From Eledone cirrhosa (Eukaryota): 64,000 bases of DNA. Every line of letters starts with the position of its first letter. Positions within the stretch are counted from its first letter, which is position 1. Made by a program: the position numbers and the translations under genes. The DNA is taken from assembly GCA_964016885.1 (NCBI GenBank), contig OZ024743.1:213900001-213964000 (forward strand), in the 5' to 3' direction. Below the pieces are notes generated by a model. It was not told where the DNA came from. It did no database searches and saw only the letters and a list, made by a program, of their open reading frames with translations. Of this stretch, positions 28,742 to 43,325 are shown in pieces.

Positions 28742-28896
28742 AACGAAGGAAGTGTGGTAACGAACCAGGTGGACCATAACACACCAGAGTACTCAATACT
28801 TAGGGTAGTTGAGTAGGTAATAGGAAAATGTTCAAGACCCCGACGGCAGAGCTCAAGCCGTTTCGACGGCTTCCCGTTGGGGGTCTTGACATTTTC
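28742..28896. mobile_element. Fold-back family A
   Basis: Tail plus shortened hairpin; tail continues into GC-richer sequence rather than (TA)n. Confidence 0.75.
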
Positions 28897-28939
28897 ATAT
28901 ATATATATGCAGAGATTATATTTAATTTGTTGGGATTCA

Positions 28940-29390
28940 AAAAGATTAAAATATTTAAAAAATATAATTGAAGAAATAAATCTAACTGTCCTCTAAATAA
29001 TAATTGTTTAGTTAAAAATATAGTAAACAATTGTAATGTCAAAACAAATGAAAAGTCCTTTAACTATGTCGGCTCTACTTCCACAGACTTCAAATCTCGT
29101 TTTAATAAGCAAAAATCTTCCCTTACGAATATTGGTAAAAAAACCTTCAATTTCTCTATCTAGCTTATTATGGGACTTAAAATCCAAGAATATTAACTAT
29201 TCTTTACTTTTGAAAATTATTTTCAAAGCTCCTTCATACACTGCTTTATCCCAAAATTGGTCACTTTGCGTTGACGAAATATTCATTATACTAAAAAGTA
29301 AGAACTCTATTAATTTGCGAAATAATTTATTTAGTTCCTGTAAACATTGTTTAAATAAAACTTTTAAATATATATATATAAAATGTAATA
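28940..29390 (+). pseudogene. Decayed PLE GIY-YIG fragment
   Basis: RNKSNCPLNNNCLVKNIV...FNYVGSTSTDFKSRF and LCVDEIFIILKSKNSINLRNNLFSSCKH, very close to ORF 49393-50070. Confidence 0.8.
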
Positions 29391-29812
29391 TATGATTTAT
29401 CTCCTTTACATAATGTTTTCTATATCTATATATGATTCATATATATTTAATTTACTTTCTATTATTTCTACCTCACATATATATACTATATACTTCATAT
29501 TATTACATCTATCGATAGATTATAAACATTTTTTTTATATGACTCTTATAAGAAAAATTTTTCTTGAAAAACTTACGGAAGGTTTTATTTCAGATCATAA
29601 TCTACATGAGGTCTACTGACTTGTAGTCAGTTCCGCTGTCTGTTTGCATACGTATATCTTTTTGTTACATTTTTAATTCTTTTAACTTTTTCAATCCTTG
29701 AGTCTGTCGTCACTTATATATCCTCCGATGTACAAGAGTATCCTTTTGGTTATAAATTTTAACACTTTTTAAAAAGTAGTGTGTACATGTATGTGCGGGT
29801 ACAGGAAAAACC

Positions 29813-29944
<132 letters not shown>

Positions 29945-30004
29945 AACTATTAAAAAAATAATGAATAAAACAATGAAACAGTTCCTTATATTAAACAAAA
30001 AAAG

Positions 30005-30158
30005 TTCATTATTTAACGATCGTTTCTAGGATATATATGTGTTAGAATTGGCATGCATATTCAACAGATCTATGTACAAAATTATACAAAATTATACAAA
30101 CTATCAAAATTAAATATACATACCAACACATATATATGCCGTCTTCAGAAATAATGAA
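30005..30158 (-). ncRNA. Hammerhead ribozyme with long stem II
   Basis: ttcattattt CTGAAGA c ggcatatatatgtgttgg...ctaacacatatatatcct a GAAA cgatcg TT aaataatgaa; perfect 10-bp stem I. Confidence 0.75.
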
Positions 30159-30760
30159 ATATATTTATTGATAATAGCAACAATTCAAAATTACAGGTCT
30201 GTTTGGGAACAGAGTTCAAATTGACCAATGAAAACACAAAAAGTTTATACAGTTAGGTGTATGTATATATGTAAGTAACTTCGTTCACAGATATGCATAA
30301 AAATATATATGTTCACATGCATACGCATGCCGAAAAGATGTATGTAAATACAAAAATTCAGGGCTAATGTCTCTGTATGTTTATAATCTACAGATAAAAT
30401 ACGTATACGCATATAAACATATTAATATAAAAATAAATATATACACATTCATATACTCACACATATACATACATTCACACACACACGCGCGTATACGCAT
30501 AAACATACACACAACCACGAACATACATACACACACACACTCACACACACATATATGTGTATATACCATTATCATAAGCATATGGACATTAATGCGCGCA
30601 CATAAACACTGCCACACATATTTAGATCCAGATACAGAAAGTAGGTGGGGGGGGGGGCGAAGAGGTCAGTATTCACCGGTGTCAGCAAACTTCCTATTTA
30701 TACATGTATCTATAAATTTAGAAATAAAAGGAAAAGAAAAAAGAAAAATATTAAGAAAAT

Positions 30761-30812
<52 letters not shown>

Positions 30813-30846
30813 AAGTAAAATATAAAATATACATCGATATACATAC

Positions 30847-30883
<37 letters not shown>

Positions 30884-31068
30884 CACTTATATACATATAC
30901 ATACATATACATACACACACCATATAAATACATATACACATACACACACGCATACATATAGAGACACATACATATACACATATAAATACATAGGCATATA
31001 CATATATACACACACATATATATATATATATACACACATACATATATATATATACATTCACAACACAC

Positions 31069-31103
<35 letters not shown>

Positions 31104-31187
31104 CACACACACACATACATACACACATATACACATACACACATACAAAGATATATATATATATATATACACACACACATATAATAT

Positions 31188-31254
<67 letters not shown>

Positions 31255-31523
31255 CACATACATACACATACATACTCATACATAGACATACATATATACA
31301 CACACACACATACACACATACATATACGCATATATACACATACATACACATCCATGTATGCGTATACACATACAAACACAACCACACGCTCACACAACTC
31401 AGACATACATAAATAAAGGGATATACATACACATATATACATATATAAATAGAGATACGTATACACATATAAATATATACACACATACACACACACACAT
31501 ATACATACACATACATATACACA

Positions 31524-31647
<124 letters not shown>

Positions 31648-31737
31648 AAAAAATAAAGAAATAAAAGAAATAAATAAATAAATTAATTAATACACACAGT
31701 CAGACAAATATGCACACACATACATATACACATATAT

Positions 31738-31798
<61 letters not shown>

Positions 31799-31859
31799 CA
31801 TACATATATATATATACACATACACACATCAACTACAAATATATATATATATATATATA

Positions 31860-32242
31860 TGGAAAGTTATATTTAACTTGTTGGGTTACAACTAGTAAAT
31901 ATTTATAACTGATATAAAAGCACTCAACAAGTATTTGGAGTATATTTACGATACTAAATAAATGGAAACTACATCTACAAAACCACATCTATCTCATCAT
32001 ACATACCTCAGGGACATCACACTAACAATATGTTATGCCCTCCCCAGACAAAATACTGCCAAATCAACTGTTCAAATACAAGTCGATGTTGAACGGTATG
32101 TCAAATCTATTTATTTATAAAACTGTCTATATTGTATTTTGTCTGAAGAAGGCACAACACACCGTCAATATGACATCCCTGAAACATATATAATGAAACA
32201 AATATGGCCCTACAAATACAGCCTCCATTCATTCAATATCGT

Positions 32243-32245
<3 letters not shown>
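31860..32245 (+). mobile_element. Nested mini-PLE end fragment (related to 47650-50690 termini); mirror copy at ~35537-35919
   Basis: Shares ttgttgggttacaac/gatataaagcactc tail and HHR region with 50460-50690; bounded by (TA)n. Confidence 0.75.
32135..32200 (+). ncRNA. Minimal hammerhead ribozyme
   Basis: tattttgt CTGAAGA agg...cct GAAA catata TA atgaaaca. Confidence 0.62.
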
Positions 32246-32311
<66 letters not shown>

Positions 32312-32456
32312 AACACTCAAATATACAGGCGCACATACGTACATATATACATATACACACATATACACATAGACGTATACATGCGCATACATATACATAC
32401 ACACATATACTCACATAAATACATAGATACATATATATATATATACATATATATAC

Positions 32457-32505
<49 letters not shown>

Positions 32506-32973
32506 ATCATACACCCTTATTTACATGCGCACATATGTATTTTTATACTCACATACAAACACCCAAACATACATACCTACCTACATATACATACATACAT
32601 CCACGCTTACAAATACAAATAATAATAGGGGGGAGGGGGGATTATAGTAAATATAGGTTTCAAGAAACATAGAATATTAATCTGCATTTAGATCATAATA
32701 TGTGTTTACATAGTAGTTTCAGTATTAGGAAATGTAAGAAAGAAGGCAAAATTATGCATTTTAATATAAGTAGACTATTAATTATAGGTTAACTAAATTA
32801 AAGATAGTTAATATATTGATTTCTAAGGTGTATACTACTTAGGTTTATAATATTTGAAGCGGAATTTTGAAGTTAATTAGTAGTAGAGTATTAACTATAG
32901 TATAACTAAATTAAAATTATTAACGTTATGGTATCAATATTAGGAAATTAATTTAGTAATAGGGAAAAAAACC

Positions 32974-34563
32974 ATCAATATTATTACACATGCTAGACTA
33001 ACACTTATTGAATTTCAGAATGAATACTGGACCAGAAACACATATAGTAATCTATTTGATATTACTATGGGTTCAAGCGATTCCGCCCAAATTACTGATC
33101 TTGTGGGCCTCTTTCTCCTTTTCAACATAAATGCCTCCTTTCCCCACCTTAAAGGTGGTTTATATCGTGATGACTGTCTTCTTCTTTCCAACAACCTTAG
33201 CCTTTCAGAAATAGAAAAAAACAAAAAGCATATTAGAACTTTCCTTAAAGACTATTATAGTCTTCATATTACTTTTGAAAAAACAAGTAAAGTAGTAAAT
33301 TTCCTAGATATAACTTTAGACTTAGCTACTTGTATCTACCAACCTTACCATAAACCCAACCAAAACTTACACTACATACACTCACAATCTAATCACCCTA
33401 AATCTATCCTTAAAAACCTTGCATATAATATATCACTTACAATTTCTAACCTTTCTTCTAACCAAGATGTATTTGATAAAAATGCGACCTTCTATAACGA
33501 AGCTCTAGATAGAAGTGGCCACAAAAATAGATTAGAATATATACCTTCTACTAAAAATACTATAAACATACAACCTAGTATTACCAACAAACACCAAATG
33601 AAAAGTACACACCTAAATGCCACCCACACTATACCCCAAAATACCAACAACTCTTCTAATATAAAGTATAGTAACTCTCAAAAAACTACTCATCATACAA
33701 CTCTAATAAATGTTAATAATAAAACTCCTAATAAACAAGATAAAACACCTAAATCTATAAATCTAACTAAAAATGTGCGTGGTGAGATCATTAACATTAA
33801 TCCTCCTAGTAAACATCACGATACAACCTATAAAAATAATAAACAACATAGAAACCGTAATAGACGAGTTACTTGGTATAATGCTCCATTTAATTTACAA
33901 ATTAAGGATAATATTGCTAAAAAATTTGTTTATATCCTAGAGAAAAACTTCCCGCCAAACCACAAATACCATCAAATCTTAAATAGGTCTACAGTTAAAT
34001 TCTCATACTCAACAACCAATAACATAAAACAAAATATAAGTGCCTATAATGCATATAAATGTAAGAATATCATAAGTATACCACCAATACATCAAACTAA
34101 CCATAATATCTCCTCAAATACAGAATTAACGAAAGGTTGTAACTGTAGAAACAAAGCAAACTGCCCATTAAAAGGAAATTGTCTTGTTAACAACATAGTT
34201 TATAAATGTAATGTTAAAACTAAAGATTCTATTTGCTCATATATAGGAGCTACTTCTAACAATTTTAAGGTAAGGTTTAATACCCACAAACATAGTTTTA
34301 AAAATGCCGCACTGGCTAATACAACATCTCTAGCAGAAAAAATCAATAGTTATAAAAATAAGAATATAGAATATGATATGACCTGGAGTGTGCTCAAAAG
34401 AGCCACCCCTTATCAAAATAATAGAAATGAATGTAGATTATGTTCCCAAGAACTATTTGAAATAATGAAATCTAAGGATATCCTATTAAATAAACGACAG
34501 GAATTAATTATATCGTGTAATCATAAACTAAGAAAAACATTTAAATATTATAAACCTAATTAA
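32974..34563 (+). CDS. PLE polyprotein, 5'-truncated but uninterrupted: RT C-terminal half, thumb, Asn-rich linker, GIY-YIG
   Basis: FDITMGS..SAQITDLVG, GGLYRDD, VNFLDITL, YHKPN...SNHP, VTWYNAPF, CNCRNKANCPLKGNC, IVYKC, YIG, FKVRFNTH, CRLC..E; frame open from the arm junction. Confidence 0.9.
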   Translation: MNIITHARLTLIEFQNEYWTRNTYSNLFDITMGSSDSAQITDLVGLFLLFNINASFPHLKGGLYRDDCLLLSNNLSLSEIEKNKKHIRTFLKDYYSLHITFEKTSKVVNFLDITLDLATCIYQPYHKPNQNLHYIHSQSNHPKSILKNLAYNISLTISNLSSNQDVFDKNATFYNEALDRSGHKNRLEYIPSTKNTINIQPSITNKHQMKSTHLNATHTIPQNTNNSSNIKYSNSQKTTHHTTLINVNNKTPNKQDKTPKSINLTKNVRGEIININPPSKHHDTTYKNNKQHRNRNRRVTWYNAPFNLQIKDNIAKKFVYILEKNFPPNHKYHQILNRSTVKFSYSTTNNIKQNISAYNAYKCKNIISIPPIHQTNHNISSNTELTKGCNCRNKANCPLKGNCLVNNIVYKCNVKTKDSICSYIGATSNNFKVRFNTHKHSFKNAALANTTSLAEKINSYKNKNIEYDMTWSVLKRATPYQNNRNECRLCSQELFEIMKSKDILLNKRQELIISCNHKLRKTFKYYKPN

Positions 34564-34893
34564 TAACATTATTTTAGAAATTAATATATAATTTAATTTA
34601 AATGTTAGTTAACCTATAAATTTAATTTAATTAAAATTCTACTACAGATGAGATTATAAAATATTGTGTAATCATAAATTGTGAAAAACTTTTAAATATT
34701 ACTAATATATACTTCGTAAATTAATTTGGTTAACCTAAAAATTTAATTTAATTGGCTTAAAATTAAAATCCTAATACAGATGGATTGCAGAGTGTCATGT
34801 AATCATAGACTGAGATAGGTTTTGGATGTATACCTAGTTAATATATTCTTTGCAATTTTTGAAAAAATATGTATATATATATATGTATGTGTA

Positions 34894-34986
<93 letters not shown>

Positions 34987-35500
34987 GTGTATATATTAAT
35001 TTTAATTTCTGTTTACCTATAATTATATTCTACTATAGATAAAATACAATATCTGTTTTAATTATTATAAACCTAATTAACATATACTATAGAAATTAAT
35101 ATATAATTTTTAATTTAGTTAACCTATAATTTATATTCTACTACCGATGTAATATTTTATTTGGTTTTTTTCCCTATTACTAAATTAATTTCCTAATATT
35201 GATACCATAACGTTAATAATTTTAATTTAGTTATACTATAGTTAATACTCTACTACTATTTAACTTCAAAATTCCGCTTCAAATATTATAAACCTAAGTA
35301 GTATACACCTTAGAAATCAATATATTAACTATCTTTAATTTAGTTAACCTATAATTAATAGTCTACTTATATTAAAATGCATAATGTGGGTATATGTGTG
35401 TATGTATATGTATGCGCATGTATACGTCTATGTGTATATGTGTATATGTGTGTATATGTATATATGTACGTATGTGCGCCTGTATATTTGAGTGTTTGTG

Positions 35501-35537
<37 letters not shown>

Positions 35538-35579
35538 ACGATATTGAATGAATGGAGGCTGTATTTGTAGGGCCATATT

Positions 35580-35645
35580 TGTTTCATTATATATGTTTCA
35601 GGGATGTCATATTGACGGTGTGTTTAGCCTTCTTCAGACAAAATA
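35580..35645 (-). ncRNA. Minimal hammerhead ribozyme (mirror of 32135)
   Basis: Reverse complement of 32135-32200 with few differences. Confidence 0.62.
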
Positions 35646-35919
35646 CAATATAGACAGTTTTATAAATAAATAGATTTGACATACCGTTCAACATCGACTT
35701 GTATTTGAAAAGTTGATTTGGCAGTATTTTGTCTGGGGAGGGCATAACATATTGTTAGTGTGATGTCCCCGAGGTATGTATGATGAGATAGATGTGGTTT
35801 TGTAGATGTAGTTTCCATTTATTTAGTATCGTAAATATACTCCAAATACTTGTTGAGTGCTTTTATATCAGTTATACATATTTACTAGTTGTAACACAAC
35901 AATTTAAATATAACTTTCC

Positions 35920-35951
<32 letters not shown>

Positions 35952-35992
35952 AGTTGATGTGTGTATGTGTATATATACATATGTATTATATG

Positions 35993-36087
<95 letters not shown>

Positions 36088-36177
36088 ATATATGTGTATA
36101 TGTATGTGTGTGCATGTTTGTCTGACTGTGTGTATTAATTTATTTATTTATTTATTTATTTTATTTCTTTATTTTTT

Positions 36178-36240
<63 letters not shown>

Positions 36241-36546
36241 ATATGTATGTGTGTGTATATATATGTATGTGTATATGTATGTGTATGTATATGTGTGTGT
36301 GTGTGTATGTGTGTATATATTTATATGTGTATATGTATCTCTATTTATATATGTATATATGTGTATGTATATCCCTTTATTTATGTATGTCTGAGTTGTG
36401 TGAGCGTGTGGTTGTGTTTGTATGTGTATACGCATACATGGATGTGTATGTATGTGTATATATGCGTATATGTATGTGTGTATGTGTGTGTGTGTATATA
36501 TGTATGTCTATGTATGAGTATGTATGTGTATGTATGTGTATATATA

Positions 36547-36609
<63 letters not shown>

Positions 36610-36692
36610 TATATTATATGTGTGTGTGTATATATATATATATATATCTTTGTATGTGTGTATGTGTATATGTGTGTATGTATGTGTGTGTG

Positions 36693-36780
<88 letters not shown>

Positions 36781-36834
36781 GGTATGTATGTGTATGTGTG
36801 TATATACATGAGTGTGTTTATATATGTGTATAGA

Positions 36835-36883
<49 letters not shown>

Positions 36884-37125
36884 TGTGAATGTATATATAT
36901 ATATGTATGTGTGTGTATATATATATATATGTGTGTGTATATATGTATATGTCTATGTATTTATATGTGTATATGTATGTGTCTCTATATGTATGCGTGT
37001 GTGTATGTGTATATGTATTTATATGGTGTGTGTATGTATATGTATGTATATGTATATAAGTGTATGTGTATATATATATATATATGTATATGTTTGTATA
37101 TCGATGTATATTTTATATTTTACTT

Positions 37126-37248
<123 letters not shown>

Positions 37249-37842
37249 CTTAATATTTTTCTTTTTTCTTTTCCTTTTATTTCTAAATTTATAGATACAT
37301 TTATGAATAGGCAGTTTGCTGATACCGGTGAATACTGACCTCTCCCCCCCCCCCACCTACTTTCTGTATCTGGATCTAAATATGTGTGGCAGTGTTTATG
37401 TGCGCGCATTAATGTCCATATGCTTATGATAATGGTATATACACATATATGCGTGTGTGAGTGTGTGTGTGTATGTATGTTCGTGGTTGTGTGTATGTTT
37501 ATGCGTATACGCGCGTGTGTGTGTGAATGTATGTATATGTGTGAGTATATGAATGTGTATATATTTATTTTTATATTAATATGTTTATATGCGTATACGT
37601 ATTTTATCTGTAGATTATAAACATACAGAGACATTAGCCCTGAATTTTTGTATTTACATACATCTTTTCGGCATGCGTATGCATGTGAACATATATATTT
37701 TTATGCATATCTGTGAACGAAGTTACTTACATATATACATACACCTAACTGTATAAACTTTTTGTGTTTTCATTGGTCAATTTGAACTCTGTTCCCAAAC
37801 AGACCTGTAATTTTGAATTGTTGCTATTATCAATAAATATAT

Positions 37843-37996
37843 TTCATTATTTCTGAAGACGGCATATATATGTGTTGGTATGTATATTTAATTTTGATAG
37901 TTTGTATAATTTTGTATAATTTTGTACATAGATCTGTTGAATATGCATGCCAATTCTAACACATATATATCCTAGAAACGATCGTTCAATAATGAA
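37843..37996 (+). ncRNA. Hammerhead ribozyme with long stem II (sense to PLE ORF)
   Basis: ttcattattt CTGAAGA ... GAAA cgatcg TT caataatgaa. Confidence 0.72.
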
Positions 37997-38192
37997 CTTT
38001 TTTTGTTTAATATAAGGAACTGTTTCATTGTTTTATTCATTATTTTTTTAATATTTTATCTTGACTCTGTATTCCGTTTATCTTTCACCGAAAGTGATTT
38101 TTCATTGCATCTCTTCTTTCCATGATATCCGGATTACATTGAGTCCTTCATACGGATTGGACACTACCTAAACTCTTGGTAGATTTATCTAC

Positions 38193-38223
<31 letters not shown>

Positions 38224-38264
38224 CGAAACATGAGTCAATTGCATGAACTCATAATCCTTTATTT

Positions 38265-38320
38265 ACTGCTATATATATTTCGATGATAGCCATTGAATGG
38301 CTATGACCTCATCAGCTAGT
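38265..38320 (-). ncRNA. Hammerhead-like motif with imperfect stem I
   Basis: CTGATGA g gtcatagcc-attcaat-ggctatcatc GAAA tata TA tagcagt. Confidence 0.5.
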
Positions 38321-38378
38321 TAGTCAGTTCTTAGATATGCCAGCTCTGGTTTATAGTTTTGATGCTATCGGAGCCTTG

Positions 38379-38423
<45 letters not shown>

Positions 38424-38650
38424 ACCAAAAAAAAAATATATCTATATATATCGAAAAACTGTTAGTATAAAGTTACAGAGTAGTTGGATAAAACTGATGA
38501 GGAATTATGCTGGATTATGTGAAAAATATATTACAAACAAATATGTTATTTTACATATTCTTCGAGATTTATTTATCTGGAAACTTTGCAGATTTATAGA
38601 AATATACAGAAACACAAAACGCTTCAATAGCCCATTCATCTAAATACTGT

Positions 38651-38762
<112 letters not shown>

Positions 38763-39112
38763 ATCCCACGCCACACCCGTAATACATATCTGTATATATA
38801 TATGTATAAATGTATATATATATATATATATATATAAATGGAATATAATGAAACGAAATTTCATTTCTCACTCTTAGTACGGCAGTTACTTAAATGTAAG
38901 TATGTATGTATACGTACATACATATATGTATACAGACATACAGTAGTATGTATATATATGCATACATGCTCACATATATATATATGCATGTATCGGTTTA
39001 CCGAACATTTATTATAATGCTCGGTTTGTTTGTAAACAAACAAACAGCCCGAATTACGCCGTACAGTTTTTAGGCAACCACGTCACCTTTTTGTTCAACA
39101 CTGACACAGGAA

Positions 39113-39153
39113 CGATGTACTAATTTCAAGCTTATTAGCTATCTTCAGCATCG
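39113..39153 (-). ncRNA. Minimal hammerhead ribozyme, family D
   Basis: cgatg CTGAAGA t agct-aata-agct t GAAA ttag TA catcg. Confidence 0.7.
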
Positions 39154-39214
39154 TATACCTTCCTGCCCGATGACATATACTTTCAGACGTTCAACCATCT
39201 GTCAGGAAGGTATA

Positions 39215-39255
39215 CGATGCTGACGATAGCTAATGAGCTAGAAACTAGTACATCG
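39215..39255 (+). ncRNA. Minimal hammerhead ribozyme, family D
   Basis: cgatg CTGACGA tagct-aatg-agcta GAAA ctag TA catcg. Confidence 0.8.
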
Positions 39256-39559
39256 TTCCTGTGTCAGTGTTGAACAAAAAGGTAACGTGTTTGCCTAAAC
39301 ACTGTACAGCTTAATTCGGGCTGTTTGTTTGTTTACAAACAAACCGAGCATTATAATAAATGTTCGGTAAACCGACACGTGCATATATATATATGTGTGC
39401 ATGTATGTATATATATACATACTACTGTACGTCTGTATACATATATGTATGTACGTAAACATACATACTTACATATATATATATGTGTGCATGTATGTAT
39501 ATATATACATACTACTGTACGTCTGTATACATATATGTATATACGTAAACATACATACT

Positions 39560-39638
<79 letters not shown>

Positions 39639-39640
39639 TT

Positions 39641-39715
<75 letters not shown>

Positions 39716-39929
39716 CTATTCCTATTTCAGCTATTTCTTACCACATAAATACTGAACGTGACCAAATTTCATTGTAATTCCTGATGAAATCAAACGAATA
39801 AATCTGCTCTTCTGATTTGTATATGAAATAAACATGTAACGTCTCTACTAATAGTTTGAGTAACTTATTTAACTGGTGTTACTTACCGATTCCTTTCGGT
39901 AGTCTCCCTATCTCTCTTTATATATTTAT

Positions 39930-40311
<382 letters not shown>

Positions 40312-40433
40312 CGCGTGTGTGTATGTGTTATATATATAAGTATGAGTATTTTTATATCTAGTGATATACGGTATGCTTACAAATAAACATTTTAAAAGCC
40401 TTCAGCCTTCAGAATTTGGAAACCGATGACGTA

Positions 40434-40447
40434 GCGCCATCTAGTTG
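40434..40447 (-). promoter_or_regulatory. Possible CTCF-type motif
   Basis: caactagatggcgc versus consensus-like CCACTAGATGGCGC (one mismatch); motif match only. Confidence 0.3.
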
Positions 40448-41640
40448 ATTCCAGCTGAAGCAAAGAGTTGGTAAATGACGGGGGCGTTGTTTCTGACTTT
40501 AGTCATTATCAAGTCAGTACTCCCTAATCCTGTTCTCTGCTGGAGCTGAATATAAGAGAAAACATAGATTTGACACTTATGTACTTGGGCTGATTAACCT
40601 CATTTGTATATAGAGTAATCGGCTGGCTCTATATGCATTTATCCATTTAAATGGACGTATTATTCTATGTATGTGTGTATGTAATTATGTATGTGTATGT
40701 ATGCATGCATGTATGGTATGTATGGACACAAGTATGTGTGTGTGTATGTATGGATATATGTAAATATGTATTAATGTGTGTATATGTATGTATGTATATA
40801 TGTATGTGTTTATATATGTATGTATGTGTGTATGTGTGTATGTATGCATGTATGCATATATGCGTGTATATGTGTATGTATGCATGCATGTATGTATGTT
40901 TTCTTAGTCTGAACAATTTTAGAATTTATATTGACCAAGTATTTGCACAGTAGAATTATTAAAGAGAACATATTCCTAATCAAGATGCATGATCTGCATC
41001 TGACCCAGAAATGTAAAGACAGAAACATTTAGCTATATATATAATATGTAATAAAAAGCAAAACATAACAGACAAAAATCCATTATGACATTTATGACAA
41101 ATATGACATTGTAACAATATAAACTATAAGATAAGAATGAATTAAAAAAAAGCGAAAAAAATAAAATAAAAACAACCCTGAAACATGTTAATATTACCTA
41201 ACAGATCTCAATTATAGAGATATGTATGAAATCGAACATTCACCAAACGCATCAGAAATATATAAGCACATTATTGAAGAAGGTGGCGAAGCTTCAAGAC
41301 AGAAAGTAAAGTCACGTAAGTAATTACATCAAGAGGTACCTTCGAGCTCTTTACTGACTGATGTATTCCATTATCTGAAGTTTGCTGATTATATTTAATA
41401 AGATACGTCTCCTATTAAAGAGTTAGATTATTAAACGGATACATTATCCCTGATAATATCAATCGTGTGGGTACGTTAGTTACGGTATAGCATCTTTCAA
41501 ATATTAGATATATTTCATTAACACATATTAACATCAAACGTATTATAGAACAATGATTATTTTTCAACAATGCAGAAGTCAGAGGGATATTGGCTTCAAT
41601 GAATATATTTATTTATAAAAGGAAATTTTAATATAATAAC

Positions 41641-41828
41641 TGTTTCTACGTTTGGCACAAGGCCAGAAATTACCCAGTACATTACTGGTACTTTATTTTA
41701 TCGACCCCGTAAGGATGAACGGAAAAGTTAACCTCGGCGGGATTTGAACTCAGATCATAAAGGGACGTAACTCTAAGCTTCAAAGCATGGTGTCCGACTC
41801 TCTACCGATACTGCCAATCCGCCGCCAC
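41641..41828 (-). mobile_element. tRNA-type SINE
   Basis: 17-bp TSD aattttaatataataac at 41624-41640 and 41829-41845. Confidence 0.92.
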
Positions 41829-41949
41829 AATTTTAATATAATAACATACATCAAACATATATCTTGATATTTTGGTAACACGCTTTATGTCTCAACACCA
41901 GCAACACGTTTTGTAGGTGTTCCTGTCTTCCCTCTGTTTATCTTCCTCA

Positions 41950-42626
41950 ACCTACAGGTTTATGTACAAAGAACGCCCATTCACTCAGACCATTTTCGCC
42001 ACATTCACCCACCTTTCAGCGAATTTCCTTCTGAAGTGATACTTAAAGAAGGGGATAAGTTGTTGTCCGGAGAGAAAGGTGTTTGCTCTCAGTTCTTTTA
42101 ACCTCGTTCACCATATTACCTCTTTCGCCATAGCCACCAGACAGAGGAAAACCGCCTCTCCTTCGTTCTTAAATGAAGGCGGCGGGGTGATCCTCATGAT
42201 GGACTAGGCTGACAACTGGATGGGTCCCACACGTGACAGTAGCTGTTCGACATAATTCCACAGGTCGGTCACTGAACAATTGCGTGCAGAACGGTTTCGA
42301 TGTCCTGCTCGCATCTTGAGCAGGTCCTTTTGGTAGGATCTCTGCCAGGGCGTCTGTGCCTGTAGATTTTGTCTCGAACTGGTAGAACTCCTCGGTAGCA
42401 CTGCCAGGCCAAAGACCTCTGGAAGGTATCCATAAGCCCTGGACGGAAAGTCCTCCAGATCAGACCGGCCAGTTCGTCCTCCTCGATGCCTAGAGTTTCC
42501 CCGACAACGTCGTCGCACTTATTCTCCACTAATCCCCTATAGAATGTCGAAGTGGAATCTCCGCTGATTGCCGTTTCCGCTTGGTAGAGAGCTGTGAGCG
42601 CCTGTAGGCACTCGAGTTGCCAGGCA
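41950..42626 (-). pseudogene. L1/Tx1 ORF2 3' fragment (zf-RVT/C-terminal region)
   Basis: IWRTF...RSLAWQCYRGVLPVRDKI...CSRCEQDIETVLHAIVQ. Confidence 0.8.
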
Positions 42627-43114
42627 CATAGAAAGATAGATAGACAAACAAAAGAATAGTTAGAGAAATAAAAAAGATAACTAGACAGACAGATTAAGAG
42701 AAAATCTATATACAGTCAGAAAGAAATATTCCTATAAACGTGTGTTAAAAGAGATAAATTGAGATGGTAACATGATATACTCGTCTTTTAGATGTAATAA
42801 GTAAAAACATTTTTTAAATATATAAAATTATACAATAATATATCTGATAGTAATATTGTCTAATTCAGATTTTTGCAAATATAATGTAGGCATATTCGGG
42901 TTTAGTAATAAATCCCTACAATTAAATACATATATTACTTGTACAACTATACGACGGTCCATATAGGTTATTGGATATGTCTGTCTATAATATAACTATC
43001 ATATTTTTAAAGATTAATAACATATACTGATATTAATCAGACCGTTTTAGAATGAACAAGAAGGCTATAGGTAAATGATAGAGACAAAAGAGCGTGCGAG
43101 AGGGAGAGATGTAT

Positions 43115-43187
<73 letters not shown>

Positions 43188-43236
43188 CATACATATATAT
43201 ATACATACATATCTATATATATATACATACATATAT

Positions 43237-43321
<85 letters not shown>

Positions 43322-43325
43322 TATA

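Larger units (their letters stand above)
38838..39563. mobile_element. Fold-back family D (non-coding, HHR-bearing)
   Basis: Arms ~38895-39165 and ~39203-39470; internal duplication ~39383-39563; one-sided tail. Confidence 0.82.

Noticed and set aside
38494-38535. CTGATGA...GAAA hammerhead candidate
   Set aside because: No convincing stem I or stem II
39780-39840. CTGATGA...GAAA hammerhead candidate
   Set aside because: Stem II not adjacent to GAAA, no palindromic stem III, poor stem I
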